The notes under the pieces: generated by a model
The model's input: only the letters and a program-made list of their open reading frames with translations
Told to the model about the DNA's origin: nothing
The model's database searches: none
Source: Podarcis erhardii
Lineage: Eukaryota
NCBI GenBank assembly: GCA_964252035.1
Contig: OZ176208.1
Strand: one strand, 5' to 3'
Length of the DNA stretch: 64,000 nt
In this document: in pieces, positions 63,371 to 64,000 of the stretch
How the letters are laid out: every line of letters begins with the position of its first letter
Numbering within the stretch: position 1 is the first letter of the stretch
Translations under genes and position numbers: made by a program

Positions 63371-64000
63371 TTTGGCATCGAACGGGGAAGGTTCAAAACA
63401 GGAAGTCCGCCTTCCCCTTTTGTAAATAGACTGAAGCAAAGAGCTTACAAGTTAGGGTCTTGGAGAGTCTTATGTAAAGGATTAAACTTCCATCGATTGA
63501 AATTATTAGACCCCCCTTGGAAGCAGGAGAAGAGGGGGGAAATTTTGGATTGTGTGGCCTGCAGGAGAGAGTGATTAAAATTAAATCACCACTGCTCTGA
63601 ACCTGGGAACGGGCTCCCAGTGATTGACATTTTGGGAGAGTTCATTGACAGCGAAGAGAACGGATGTTGACAGTCAGTTAAATAAGAGAAATATATTGTT
63701 TCCATTGTCCGCTTCTGCGTTTAAAAGGGAGGAAAAGTATCTGAAAATTGAAACTATCTTTACTTTTTGATCTGTGTTGGAAAAGTTTGATACAAGTGGA
63801 GACTGTTGCCCTCTAGAGGGAGCTTTTGAAACTGTTACAAGAGTGGAGCTGGGAAATCTCCAGCTGCTTGATAAGAACTGAGAACTAGAGATTGACCTTG
63901 GATATTCAAGAACGTCGACAGGAGAAGCCTTATGGACTGCATTCTCTAAGATAAGCCACCTGTTGGAACAGCTTCATAAAAAGATGGATGCTATGACTAC
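63371..64000 (+). mobile_element. Probable 5' UTR / ORF start of an L1-derived element in opposite orientation, running off the window
   Basis: Strand purine skew flips relative to 62525-63370; the plus frame at the end reads DLGYSRTSTGEALWTAFSKISHLLEQLHKKMDAMT (coiled-coil-like, ORF1-like). Family identity is recalled, not searched. Confidence 0.5.

Overview
This is AT-rich vertebrate genomic DNA. The repeat content (CORE-type SINEs, tRNA/CR1-tail SINEs, BovB, CR1, L2, L1, an RTE-X-like element, many hAT and Tc1/mariner MITEs) points to a squamate, most likely a lacertid lizard; that assignment is inferred from recalled repeat families, not from a search. I could not identify any host protein-coding gene, rRNA, true tRNA or CRISPR array. 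The window reads as a large intron or intergenic interval: decayed retroelements and MITEs, microsatellites, and repeat-free islands that may be conserved regulatory DNA. The only ORF-track proteins with clear family resemblance are retroelement fragments (RTE-X-like zinc-finger C-terminus, BovB and L2 RT pieces). The best-supported observations are: (1) an L1-derived element at the right edge whose two halves appear to face opposite ways (possible twin-primed 5' inversion); (2) a very young hAT MITE with perfect TIRs, a perfect 8-bp TSD and an internal CCCTAA-containing minisatellite; (3) several older hAT MITEs with recognisable TSDs, including an inverted pair and one with a duplicated terminus; (4) two local duplications; (5) motif clusters and small exon-like segments that remain hypotheses. 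I found no convincing novel biological system.
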